Source: Pseudogymnoascus verrucosus
Taxonomy: Eukaryota
Reading direction: 5' to 3' (one strand)
DNA length: 64,000 nt
Assembly (NCBI GenBank): GCA_001662655.1
Contig: KV460258.1
Shown here: positions 24,241 to 35,915 of the stretch, piece by piece
Position numbering within the stretch: position 1 is the first letter of the stretch
Layout of the letters: every line of letters starts with the position of its first letter
Translations under genes and position numbers: made by a program
The notes under the pieces: model-generated
The model's database searches: none
What the model was told of the DNA's origin: nothing
What the model saw: only the letters and a program-made list of their open reading frames with translations

Positions 24241-25731
24241 CTACATCACCTCCCCCACCACCGGGGCGCCTCCCTTCCAATCATCCCTCTCGTAGTAGTG
24301 GAAGACGAGATCATACCCATCAAACTCATGCACAATCCTCTCCACCCGTCTATACCCTCTAATCGCATCCATTCTCCCCCTCCTCTTCCCCTTCACCTCT
24401 CCATTCACAACCCCATTCCCACCCCCCACCACAGCAACACCCTCAACCCTCTCATCCAACGCCTTCAGATCCCCTTCACACTCCTTCCCCTCAAACAACG
24501 TAACACTGAACCTCCCCGGCGCAAAAATCCCAACAACATGCTCAATCACCTCTGCTGTCTCCCCACCTGTCTGCTGCCCAGGCACATTCGTCTCGAAGCT
24601 CGCATACGAGCACTGCGGCTCCGGCGTCACGTGCACAGTGAAGTAATGCGTCGCCGCCCCCACGCCTGGCGCATCAGGCGCAGGAATGACACCGTTGGCA
24701 CTGAATCCGCAGGGAGTGAAAAGGTAAGCGTCGACACGGGCGTCGGGGTAGCGGGAGGGAGGGTAGAGGGCTGAGAGGCCGCAGGACTCGGAGACGACGG
24801 TGCCGAGGGCGTGGCCTTCGGTTGTGAGTTCCGAGGGGATTGGGAGGGCATCGGGGGTGCTCTCTTGGTTGGCGAGTTTTTGCTGCTTGTGGAAGTTGCT
24901 CTCGGCGAGGGCGCTGGCGTTTTCGAGGTAGAATTGTTTGGCTTTTTCGACGTCGAGGTCCGTCATGAGGACTTCGAGGGTCTCGTCGTCGTTGCCGGTG
25001 GCGTTGTTGGGGCGAGGGGTTTCTTCGCCGGGGAAGCTGAGGACTTTCGTCTCCGTGGCCTTTTCAGATTCGGGAGTCCGGGGTGGGGTGATGTCGGTGT
25101 TTGGGCTCGTGAGGTAGAGGTACCAGTGGTCCCCGTTCATCTTGCCGACCATGTATGCGCTTCCGCCCCAGAACATCTTGTCGAGGTACGTGACCTCGTC
25201 GTTCCAGCTGCGATGGGGTCCGCGCTGGCGATCGGGGAATAGGAAGTTCTTCCGGCTGTAGAACACGCGGTAGGGCGTTGCCGCCGTCTCTGTTCCCTTG
25301 ACGTTGCTGCCGCGGTGGTGGGCGAATCCGGCTTTGGCAGCGGCAATATCCAAAATGTGAGGGAGCCCCCAGAGAAGAGTTGTTGTGCCGCATGTCTTCA
25401 GGATGAGCTTGTGGCTGAACACGAACATGCTCGACTCGGAAAGAAGGTATGCATCGACATGGTCGGATTCGACGATTGAGAGAACCTTGCAGTTCACAAC
25501 ATCGAGCATCTCCTTCCATACTTCTGGTGACACGGCTTTCAATCCATCCCTGTGTGCTCCTGGCGGAAGAGTGTCCGCCGAAGGAGCAAACCAGACTTCA
25601 AGCAACTTTTCTGGGCCTTCAAATGCATTGCTAGAGTCTAGATCGACAACAGCATCATGGTTGATGGTCAGTTGCGGTGTACCTTCCGATACTGCGACTG
25701 TGTTGGTGGGTGGACGAGGAATATCTACCAT
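24241..25731 (-). CDS. SPE2: S-adenosylmethionine decarboxylase proenzyme
   Basis: FEGPEKLLEVWF, self-cleavage motif YLLSESS, LKTCGTT, FTPCGFSAN, HVTPEPQCSYASFETN. Confidence 0.97.
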   Translation of the reverse strand: MVDIPRPPTNTVAVSEGTPQLTINHDAVVDLDSSNAFEGPEKLLEVWFAPSADTLPPGAHRDGLKAVSPEVWKEMLDVVNCKVLSIVESDHVDAYLLSESSMFVFSHKLILKTCGTTTLLWGLPHILDIAAAKAGFAHHRGSNVKGTETAATPYRVFYSRKNFLFPDRQRGPHRSWNDEVTYLDKMFWGGSAYMVGKMNGDHWYLYLTSPNTDITPPRTPESEKATETKVLSFPGEETPRPNNATGNDDETLEVLMTDLDVEKAKQFYLENASALAESNFHKQQKLANQESTPDALPIPSELTTEGHALGTVVSESCGLSALYPPSRYPDARVDAYLFTPCGFSANGVIPAPDAPGVGAATHYFTVHVTPEPQCSYASFETNVPGQQTGGETAEVIEHVVGIFAPGRFSVTLFEGKECEGDLKALDERVEGVAVVGGGNGVVNGEVKGKRRGRMDAIRGYRRVERIVHEFDGYDLVFHYYERDDWKGGAPVVGEVM

Positions 25732-25865
25732 CGCCGCTGTGTGTTGGAACCGACAGGCTCTCAGCAAGATCGAACTGGTTATAGGATATTATGTGCTGAA
25801 CAAGCACTGTGGAGCACTATCTACCGCTCAAACGAACCCTGCGGTGTCCGCTTGAGTAGTATAGG

Positions 25866-26354
25866 CCCACAGAACCGTGGGTGTCGGGTGAGTGCTGGCG
25901 GAGCCAGCAGCAAGTGGGTATTTGTGAAAACGTCTCCTGAATAGACGTTAAGGAGGGCGGGTGCACTCAGCAATGTGGCAGAGTATTGAGGATGGAATGG
26001 TCGCTGGTTGCGCCGCTAGTTCTGTAGTCCGATACTGGGTTGGAGTATCGGGTCTATCAGAACAGCTTCTAAAGTGAAGTCTTGCTGTTCGAATTGGGGT
26101 TTGGCTTGCGTTATCTAGGCCTTCGTATGATATGTTAGCAATCTCTCGACACCTATAGGGTCTTGTGCGAAGCTGCTGTGAGGCACGCGATAACGGAGAG
26201 TGTCGGATGTCTCGATTGGTTGGGCGCTGACAGTAGTAGTCGCAGCGCCGCATGCAGCCATTCGCAGCATCGGGCAGTACTGTGTATTTGGGAAGGAAGC
26301 TATAACATACTTTGCGGGCTTGGAGAGGAATCGCAGGAGGACCCTGGTGCTCAT
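25866..26354 (-). promoter_or_regulatory. SPE2 5' leader with an intron, uORFs and three hairpins
   Basis: Intron 26310-26115/26121 (GTATGT..GCTAAC..AG), uAUG at 26354, reading frame ending RPP* at 25948, stems at 25929-25949, 25893-25909 and 25866-25881. Confidence 0.6.
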
Positions 26355-27103
26355 AGAACGGGGGCTCTTGATGGCGGGGTAAAATCGTTATACAAGCTCG
26401 GTCAACCGCCAGGCAAGACGTAGCTGAGTCGGCTCTGATGTCGAGATAAGGCTCACTTTGAGCACTGGGTAATTTCGGGTATAGATATATATTCAGCGCA
26501 TATGGCTGGTAGGGTGTTTTAATAATGTTGAAGCACCCAAGATCGTTGCGCACCGCCAAGGTCGGAAAGAAGGCTAAAATTCTGAAGCGTTAAATATGTC
26601 AGTCAATCCATGTGAGGGTAACTGTGGGCGCGACAACAGCGGACAGTAACTGGGGACACAGAATGTTACATACAGTGTTGCTTCTCGATCTGAAGCTCAA
26701 TAGGTTGTGTATGTCGCAGTTCGAATGTTTTTGCGCACGTCGTCGTCGGATCGCCAATCGTGACGAGTTCAGGGCAAAAGAATTTTGCGGTCCCAACTAC
26801 CCCACCAAGCTTATTTCGCTTCTGCGGCGTGCCTCGAGCGGGCCGGAATATCTTCTGGGTGGGGAACTTAAGCTCGGGCAGTGACGACGAACTTATCCCA
26901 TAAGGCTGTTAGCACTCGAATATGTCACGACAGTCACTCTTCTTGGATAATAATACTCGAGTAACTCTAAATATTATATAGAGCCCAAGGCAGTATTTCT
27001 TTTTAATTTACTCTCATTATCCTAGTCTGTTTGTCACATATTACAGCGTTCCTAAATGCCTCATATGCAGGCCAACGAACGTGTTTAATTGCAGCATATC
27101 AAC

Positions 27104-28406
27104 ATGGTACCTTATCTTACAACCCGTAACTTCTTTTTGTACACGTCGAATAATTGCACGCACTTCCCCATGGGCCATTCTAGTTCCCGGGAATTGGCGT
27201 TTGCAGAATCATGTCGCGTCTTCACGTCGAACCATATCATCTCAGGTCCCAGTGCCCAAGGAGCCTTTCACACAAGGCGCAACACTCCGTGGCCAGTCAG
27301 GGCGAACTTACACTATATATGGGGTGCTTGCTGAACGGCGGGATCCATTGCTATGTGTCTACCGCGCCAGGTATGACCCAAATCTCGTGATCAGGAGCCG
27401 TCACACAGTGCTGACAAGAACAAGCGCTGAAGGACAGAGCTTTGTTATCAAAAATATGATACCAGGCGAATATGAGTATCAACAAGACTTGCAGAAGTCC
27501 GTGGCCTCGTGTCCCAACTTGCGAACCGTGGTAGATGGCCTTCCCAACCCTGAGTTGTCCATCTATCCATTTTTGGAAACCAACTTTCTTCAGTTCAGCC
27601 AGAAGAGCTTATCTGTAGCGACGAGGAAGGGCATGCTGAAGAGTGCTCTTGCTGGTCTGGCTGCTCTTCATGAGAAAAACATTGCTCACAATGGTAGGTT
27701 CGGCATATTCCCGTATATTTCCTTGGTGGAGTCCATTGCATTCACGCGCTAACTATTATCGACAGATATAAAGCCAAACAACATTCTCTTGGATTATGAG
27801 AAGACAGGTGACACTTTCAGCGTTACGAAAGTCCAGATCTCGGACCTGGAGGATGCGCTCATTCTCCCCCTCGGGAAATACCTAAGGGACGGGCTCTGCG
27901 GCAACCAGTTGTGGAGGAGTCCCGAGTCCTGGGCCCGCCGCGCCGCCCAAGGCACCCCATCTGACATCTTCTCCTTCGGAATCGTGGTACGTATATCCTT
28001 ACCTTTCATCCGACTTTCCCGAAAGAGCTCACGCATCATCCAGTGTATCTTCGTGATGCTAAACAACATGTTTTTCCGCGTCAGCGACTCCGAGCTAGCC
28101 GCCAGCAACTCGTGGCGCTACATCCTCAGACGCCATATATCCTTCTTCGGCGAAGAAGATGGCTTCCAGGGCCTGTTACAATGGATCGGCGAGGAAAACC
28201 CATTCTTTGAGCGTCTCATCACCCTCGCGGGCACCTTCAACGCGGCGGAACCCAGGAAACCGTTTGCGACATGGCATTTTGTTGATGCTGGGTTCCGGGA
28301 TCTGGTCGGCAAGATGACGGTTTTGGATCCGGCGGGGAGGATCACGGCGGCGCAGGCGCTGGAGCATCCGTGGTTTGCGGAGAGTGTCGACGAGGGTGTG
28401 TTGTGA
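27104..28406 (+). CDS. Fungal Ser/Thr protein kinase (DLE in place of DFG); start region possibly frameshifted
   Basis: Three introns; HNDIKPNNIL, ISDLED, WRSPESW, SDIFSFG, RITAAQALEHPWF. Confidence 0.8.
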
Positions 28407-28849
28407 GGCGGTGTTTGGATGATCTTGGCTGGTTCAAGGTGATACCCTTATTGTTGTAAGATTACTTGTGTCACGTAAAATTATGGGGATGTGTATGTTA
28501 ATTATCTCGTCGCCGCCTCATTCTCTCCCAAGCAGAGATAATGCTCTGCTTATGAATAAATGTGCTGCGAAAGCTACAACAGAAAATGCCGCAATGACAG
28601 TATTCTGCAGGCGATGATTTCATGATAGTAGAGCACTTTATAGGGTAATTTAAAACATTTCATATTACCATTTTCATATCTAGTATCCTAAAATAATTTC
28701 TACACTTGAGTGCCTAAAAGTTCGTAGGGCTAGGAGGCTTGTATTAACTTTCCATTTACATCCCTTGGTTATATCAGGAGTCCACGCTTGTAATTATTCG
28801 TCACGGACAGAAGGAGAGATCAGCAGGTGGATGAACAAATGCTTCTACA

Positions 28850-29713
28850 TTATTTAGAAGCCTCGTCCTTGAAAGCAGCGGTAGCTCCGGCTAAAATCGC
28901 ATGAGGATTGATGCGGTTGGGATACAACTGCTGCATGTGCTCGTATAATTCTTCCGCACTCTTGCACGTCTTCGTCGCACTCTCGAATGCTCGGATGTAT
29001 TCCTTAGTTGCCGCTATATTATATATCCCATCGACAGAACCCTCCCGTTTGTGTCCCGCGACTACCGTGTGCGGATTCAAGGACTCGATGGTCTCAATTG
29101 CTCTCAACCATTCTTCCCGTTTAGCTGTGGTGTTTGCTTCGCCGAAAAACTGGTGAACGTCGCCATAAACTACATCTCCTGCAACGACGAGATGGATGTC
29201 GGGAACGTGTAATATAGTAGTATCAACAGTGTCTGTGTGTCCTACCTCGATAGCACGGAAAGTGTGACCCTCGATCATGAATGTATCAGTCTCCATCGGC
29301 TGGGCCACCTCTTGCGGTTGAAAGATCTGGCCTCCGGGGAACATTTTGAGCCAGCGGTTATCCAAATACTCCGGGGTTAATTGGCGCTTCATATGTTCGA
29401 CAGTCGCCTTGGTAGCGACAGCTTTGAGATTCGGCCACCGCTTCTTGAGAAGTGGAATTCCAAACCAATGATCACCATGGCCATGCGTAATATAGACATA
29501 AGCTAGCTCCTTGTTTGGCATGACATTTTCGATCCATTTGATGAGAGATTCCGTCTGAGAGATGGAGAGCGGTGTGTCGACGAGAACGGCTTCGCGGTCG
29601 CCATGGATCAGTGTGCAGGAGATTGGAGAGAATGCGCTCGACTCGCCCATTCGCGTGATGGCGAGCGGAAGTCTGCTTGAGACGTGAACGTCTGCACGAA
29701 GTATGGAAGTCAT
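28850..29713 (-). CDS. Metallo-beta-lactamase-fold hydrolase
   Basis: Intronless 287 aa; YITHGHGDHWFG, GHTDT, AGDVVY, VVAGH. Confidence 0.92.
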   Translation of the reverse strand: MTSILRADVHVSSRLPLAITRMGESSAFSPISCTLIHGDREAVLVDTPLSISQTESLIKWIENVMPNKELAYVYITHGHGDHWFGIPLLKKRWPNLKAVATKATVEHMKRQLTPEYLDNRWLKMFPGGQIFQPQEVAQPMETDTFMIEGHTFRAIEVGHTDTVDTTILHVPDIHLVVAGDVVYGDVHQFFGEANTTAKREEWLRAIETIESLNPHTVVAGHKREGSVDGIYNIAATKEYIRAFESATKTCKSAEELYEHMQQLYPNRINPHAILAGATAAFKDEASK

Positions 29714-29855
29714 CTTAGGGTCAAGGAAAGTGATTGTTGGATCGAGAAGAGTGGCTTGGTGGGTGTTGCATCTTAAGTACGTGGTTTGAGATATAATATA
29801 TCATCATGTATTTCACTTTCTTTACACTTCAAGCCGAGGTGGGCTTACAACTAAT

Positions 29856-30042
29856 ATCAGTAATCATCGGAGCCGAGCTTCACTCTACTATATTAGATAT
29901 TGGATTGTGAGCTAAGTGAGGAGAGATTATCACTACAGGCAATTGAATCACTCGTTCGCGGGGTAGTCGCGGGGTAGCCGTGGGGTAGCTTCAGGTAGCC
30001 GGCTACGCCTAGATCAGTAATCATCGAAGCCGAGCTTGACTC
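29856..30042. promoter_or_regulatory. Divergent promoter with a duplicated 30-bp element and three SYGGRG (CreA-type) sites
   Basis: ATCAGTAATCATCGRAGCCGAGCTTSACTC at 29856-29885 and 30013-30042 (28/30 identical); GCGGGGTAG/GTGGGGTAG three times at ~29958-29988. Confidence 0.55.
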
Positions 30043-30193
30043 CTTATATTGTATTTTGAGCTTCTAGATATAAATGAAGATGTCTGGTTTGCCAAATCAG
30101 TCGTGCTTCAAACCGATCAAACCATCTTCAAGACGCACGTCTATTTCCCACACCAAGCCTCAATCCATTACACCACGAGACGACCATCTCAAA

Positions 30194-30616
30194 ATGCCCC
30201 GCTGGACCATTCACTACCCCGCCGGCGCCATTTCGCGCGACGACAAGGACCAAATCGCCGAAAAAGTAACCCAACTGTATACCGACCTGGGACTCCCCGC
30301 GTTCTGGGTTAACGTCTTCTTCCACGAGCACTCCGTCGGCGGCTTCTACGCTGGTGGCAAAGCCAACCACAACTCGGTCTTCTTCCACATCGATCACGCA
30401 GCTCGAAAACCACAATCCGAGGAGGCGCGCTTGATGTTCGTTGATAGGGTGGATGGGATTATGCGGCCGGTTCTGGGAGAGAAGTGCATGAAGTGGGAGT
30501 TCAACGTCTACGACCACCCTCGTGATAATTGGAGGATCAATGGCATGATTCCCCCTATGGATCACCCGGAGGTTTTGAAACAGTGGATTGAGACGAATGA
30601 GCCAGTTCCGTATTGA
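30194..30616 (+). CDS. Tautomerase-superfamily protein (fungal oxalocrotonate-tautomerase-like)
   Basis: M-P-R-W start supplying catalytic Pro1, LGLPAFWVNVFF, IDHAAR, WRINGMIPP. Confidence 0.88.
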   Translation: MPRWTIHYPAGAISRDDKDQIAEKVTQLYTDLGLPAFWVNVFFHEHSVGGFYAGGKANHNSVFFHIDHAARKPQSEEARLMFVDRVDGIMRPVLGEKCMKWEFNVYDHPRDNWRINGMIPPMDHPEVLKQWIETNEPVPY

Positions 30617-31119
30617 AAGGGAGATTACTACGTACTAGCTATAACATGGAAGACTTAAGAAAACATGTAGCTAGAAATCTCTATAGGCAATAAAAATGGC
30701 TTGTTAGAAAGCAAGCAAAGAACAGCCTCCTACCTAGGGAAAAAAGCCCATTTAGCATGTGCTTAACGTAGAACTGAATTATTTTAATTATTTTACTAAA
30801 ATCACGCTGCTTGCTATACTTAATAATTATAGCATCATTATTAACTTGGTTTGTAATATTGTTACTTTTTAAAAAAAATTATACATATTTCTACTTTTAT
30901 TCCTCTAAGAGAATATCATGATTAGTGAAGACCTAGGTAATTTAAGAATAGATTTTTTATATAGTAATGCAATTAATGGCCTAGATCTAAGTTCCTTCAC
31001 TCTACAGCTATCATTGTTAATTTCAGACTTAGGGAAGAAGCCATTCTATTGCCTAAAGAGATCGTTCTTAGAGGAGTAAGGCCCCTGACTATGTATGAAT
31101 TAATGGTAGTGTGGCTGCA

Positions 31120-31366
31120 GTCCCCCACGAGCGTGGGCAATGTAGACGTATGGAAGCTTACGATCTAGTGCAATCTTCTTAATCCATTCTATCAACTCGA
31201 GGGTTTGCTGCTTCGTGATCGGAGTAACAACGTGGACAGCTTCCGCCGAGGAGTACATCAGAGTCCATGAAATCGAAGACCAAACCCGGCCTTCTTGGTA
31301 TTTTCCGTCAGAGCCAAGGACAATAATAGGTGGCGCGACGTAAACTGCTACTCAAAGAACAGACAT
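31120..31366 (-). pseudogene. Truncated metallo-beta-lactamase paralog
   Basis: MSVL*VAVYVAPPI...WSSISWTLMYSSAEAVHVVTPITKQQTLELIEWIKKIALDRKLPYVYIAHARGG aligns with the N-terminus of the 28850-29713 MBL; TGA at 31352-31354; metal motif broken. Confidence 0.75.
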
Positions 31367-34300
31367 ATTTGTAAGAATATGCTTGACAGATGGCCTGTTT
31401 TCGAATGAGTGAGCTGTGCAAATTGAGTAGGACATAAAGGCGCATTGTTACAGTTCCACCGAAGATGTAATTACTAATGACGATACCAATAGATAGAGCC
31501 AGCGGAATGGTTGTGACTTAATTTACCCTTCTTATCCACGATTGGATTGAAAGCGGTGTTTCTCACTCTTGATTCCATTCCCCTCAAGGCGCCAAGTTAG
31601 CTCTCTGTACGCATGTAAGGGTATCGTTTCTAAATACTTCCCCCCAGCCAAACCAGGGCCAGTCAATACAGACTTACTGCATTTCCAATCTCCCCCACGA
31701 TAAAAAAAGCCCTTTAGAGAGATCTACTGGTTTACGCTACAATGATTATAACGTCCTCTGAAAGAAACACATCAGCCACACCACCCACCAAGCCACATCA
31801 ACACGGCACATGAACGCCACACACACAACCCCCCCCAACTCTGTACCACGCCTCCCAAAGCCATCTGCAGCCACAAAGAAACCACAAAAACAACCAAGCA
31901 CCCCAAGCACCCCAAGCACCGCCTCCCAAGCTCCCAAGAAAAAGCCCGTAGAACACCACCCGCTGCATCCAGAACAAGTCACAGAACCAAGGAACTTGGC
32001 CCGCCGTTGATCCCGTCTTCTACATTGTACTTGAAAACCGTTGGCTGGGGAACTAACCACACACACACACACAGACACACGTCCAATTTCCCGATCGCCT
32101 CGTATCCGCGGGAGACCTCGGCAACGCACGTTATCTCTCCCTCCCAGGCTTACGTCTCTCTCAACAGGAATGGAGATTTTTATGGGTATGGGGTAGATAG
32201 AGATAGAGCAGATAGGAGTTCCGGCGCGCCCCTCTCGGCGCTACAAAATATCCAGTAACGGAGTTAACACTTCCCAATCGCATATTATCTCGCCGCCGCC
32301 TCCGCCACAAGTGGCGAACCGAACGGGGATGCCGAATTAATGTACGGAGATAAGGGCCCCCTCGTAGCTGTTTCAGCGCGCCTGGACCATAGGCGAGGAC
32401 CGAGGGAGAAAAAAGGGCAGCTAAATCACGACTTCGGCCCACTATCTCGTGCAATGGAATTTGGCCTGCCTGACAGCTTTGCCGTGACCGCGCTCCGCGC
32501 ATATTGCAATTTGGACAAGGAGACGGGGCCGGGGCGGGCGAGACAGATACGTAGGTGGGGTGGGGAGCGCAGTAGGTGGGGAGGTAGGGAGTGGGAGACC
32601 CGGAGACTCGGAGGTAAGCGCCTGGAACATGTGATGGCGGTGGGGGGGTAATCTCGTCGTCGCGCGCGCGCGGTCGCTGTCGCCGTCGCGCGGCTGGTGG
32701 TGGGTGTTGATTACTCTACAAGACGGCAGGATAGTTGCCGTGGGCGTGTTCCTTGTTCCTTAGTAAAGGCTTGATAAGATCCGATGGGGCGCGAAGAGGG
32801 ACGTTCGCCCGTTCATCGTATACAAGTTCAAGTCAGTATGGTATGTGTAAGCTTTTTTTTTTTTTTTTTTTACGCCCTTTCGGTGTTTGATACTGTAAAC
32901 CTCTCTGGCATTGGCACGGTACTAGCGCGTTACCGCGAAAAACTTCACTGGCTCCCTCCTTGGTAGGGGCTCGGCGTCTGATAATTGCCCATTATCACGC
33001 CCAGTAGCCTACCGCCAAACACGCCCCCCCGCCCGCCCAAGAACTTCCTATTTTAAACACAGGATGCCAATCCAATCCAGGGCTGGAAGGCGAAAAAACT
33101 CCACCCCAGCCAAGATCTTAACAATTTTTCCATAGGAATATGCCGTCCGCTTTAGAACTTGGGACACACTCACGACGGAGGATTCCAATAGTCCCTATTT
33201 CCTCCTCCTCATAGTGCCTTTTTCCAGTCGTTGGTCGCTCGCTGTGAATTGTCTTGTTCTGGTCTAACAACGCCCCCCCCCCCGACCCACTCACACCCTT
33301 CCCAACCGCCGGTCCTGCTGCAGCGCCTGCTCGTTCTGGAAGCTCGGGAACAGCGGCTGGGGGGATGGGTAGTCGAAGCGTCGTGCGCGCGCGGCGTGGT
33401 CGCAGGGATGGGGGAGGCATGGGCAATAGCGATACCAGCGAGCGGCTGCATGGTTGGTGTGTGGAGAGGAATGGGGTCGAGCTTCCCTATTCTCCCAGAT
33501 GTGAAGGTGGGTAACTAGGCTTTAATGAGACGGGTTTTGTGTAGTGTAGTGTAGTTACGTGGGTTATCAAAATTGGATCAGCAGCACCACATCACAGCAG
33601 CAGGAAGGAGGAAGGAAGGAAGGAGCGCGGGATCAATAATCAATCCCCCCCCAGTTTCCCCACGTCCAGCCAGTCCAGTCTCGACCACGCGTCTCTCCTC
33701 CTCCTCCCCTTTCCCGCTACGTAGGCGCTACACCGAGAGGGAAGGTTGACATCACCCAGGAAGTCCGCGATGGATCCTGATCGATAAGCAGATTATTTAC
33801 AGATGTCCGCATTGAGAAGTTGCAAAAGGAAGGGGGTGAGATGAGGCAGGCCAAGCCGCGGGGACGTGACGGCGGTGTTGGGTCCGCGCACGCGCACGCC
33901 CGGTTCAAGCCTTTTCTATGCGCGTGTTGGGGATGGAGGAGGTGTCAGTGTCAGTTTTGCCTCGTGGGCGTGGGGTGGTGGTGGATGGCCGAGGTTGTGA
34001 TGCGAGACGGCATGCTTGCCGCTGCCTTGCTGGATGGATGGATTGATGGATTGCCACGCGGGTTTGCCCCGGGGAGATGTGCGGTGATCGTCACTTCATC
34101 ATGTCGGCGATTGGGGGATTGGGGGATGGGGAGGAGGGTTGCATCTGGGGGCGAGGGGAGGCGATTATGGTGCGCACCACTGTTTGAGTGAAGAACGTGA
34201 TGGAGAGGATAGTACATCATCGTGTCTCGCAATACTGTCATCGCCATCCCATAGCATAGCATAGCATACCCCGTACCCCGTTCTCCGTAACGCACTACTC

Positions 34301-35858
34301 CGGAGTACACAGCAGGATCGCATCACGTCGTCGTACATCGTACAGCCGGCGCACTCGCGCACTCGCGCACGCACAGCAGGTGTAAAGCCGACCAAACAGC
34401 GCCCGCAACGCCGAACACTTGAAGCTCGGTGCGGACATCCCACTAATCCCTATACGGCACTTACGATACCTACGATACCTAACAGCCTTAGCACGTATAC
34501 CATACCGGGGACAAGTTCATCTGCATTGCATACTTGGGCACACGACCCTCCCTCCCTAAAAATGTCTCCCTATCCACCTTCCTGTTTGCAAACCCCCTGT
34601 CCTGATTGGCCCCACGGCGCAATATCAGCACCCATCTCGGTCAAACTCTCAACGGACCTAGTAGCCTAGTCCGGGTTCCCTCTCAGCCACTAGTCCCCAT
34701 CAGTGCGATGGCGCGACCCACGACTCGCAGCCATTTGCGACGCCCGTAAACCCGCTGCGACGCCCCCCCGGCGCGCCCATCGCTTAAGCTTTGCTGGCAG
34801 CTCGCTAATGCAGGCGCTAGATACGGATGGGGGAGGAGATAAGCACCTTCCTATTCTGGGATGGTGCGTTAGCGGGGGGTTTTGGTGGTGGCGTCTGGTG
34901 TGGGCAGGGGTTGCCCGGCAGATCGCAACGTTGCAAGCTCGGACGTCCCCGTTGCTCCTGCCGGATTGGGGATGGCGGGGATTTGTGTGGTGGGTGCCCT
35001 GTTGGCGTTTTTGGGGGGGATGGGGGAGTCCCTGGTGTCCCTGGTGTCTTGGGTGGGAAGGACCCTCGTGGTCCCTGGTGCGGTTTGTACTGTTGTATTC
35101 TTTTGTAGTGGTGTTTGTAGTGCTAGGTATCGCTCTGGCAGTTGGAACAGGGAGGTGATGGGAAATGGGGGAAATGGGGGATGGGTTTAGGATGGGTATG
35201 GGGGAGAGTGGGAGTGGGTAGGAAGGAGAAAGAAGGGAAGGTGGTCAACCATCCTCATCATCATCATCATCATCATCAGCCAGCCAGCCCCCCCAGCTAC
35301 CAATTCCCAATTGCCACAAGCCGAATCGACGAATCCCGTGATTACCATTACTGGTGGTGTTAATGGTGTTAATTCTCCGAGGGAGAGGGTAGTAGTCGAG
35401 CCGAATGGAGGAGGTATCTCTGCGCGCAGTTCTATCCCGTGCTGTACCTGAAGTCAGTTGACTGTATGACGACAATAGTAGTGAAACTGTTGGAAATTGT
35501 TGGCAATAGCATCAATTCTATCAATAGTATCAATTCTATCAATTGTATTAGTTGTATCTATCTGTATATACTGTTTTACTTACTCTACCCTATCTACTCA
35601 GCATCCCATCCTCAACACGACTCGACACTTATCTCCCTATCCATCAATCATCATCCCATCATCCATATCTCCCTCTCCCACTCCACCACCCTCCCACCAC
35701 TCCTCCTCCACTCCTCCCCACTCCTCCCTCCGCCCTCCCAACCAATCACACCCCTCTCCTCGCACGTCAATCACGCTCTCGGCCTCCCCATCTCTCTCTC
35801 CCCCTTCCCACCTTCCCACCTTCCCACCTTCCGCCCTCTTGCACCTCGCACCCGCTAT

Positions 35859-35915
35859 CTTGGCGCCACCTTGGCACCACTTTTCCCTATCTTGGCACTA
35901 ACTGTGGCCCTTGGC
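35859..35915 (-). promoter_or_regulatory. Cluster of four PacC-type GCCAAG sites upstream of PTR2
   Basis: CTTGGC at 35859, 35870, 35891 and 35910. Confidence 0.5.

Noticed and set aside
25948..26559. 203-aa protein-coding gene upstream of SPE2
   Set aside because: TTG start, spans a canonical leader intron and has no domain features; only its 3' end is kept as a uORF candidate.
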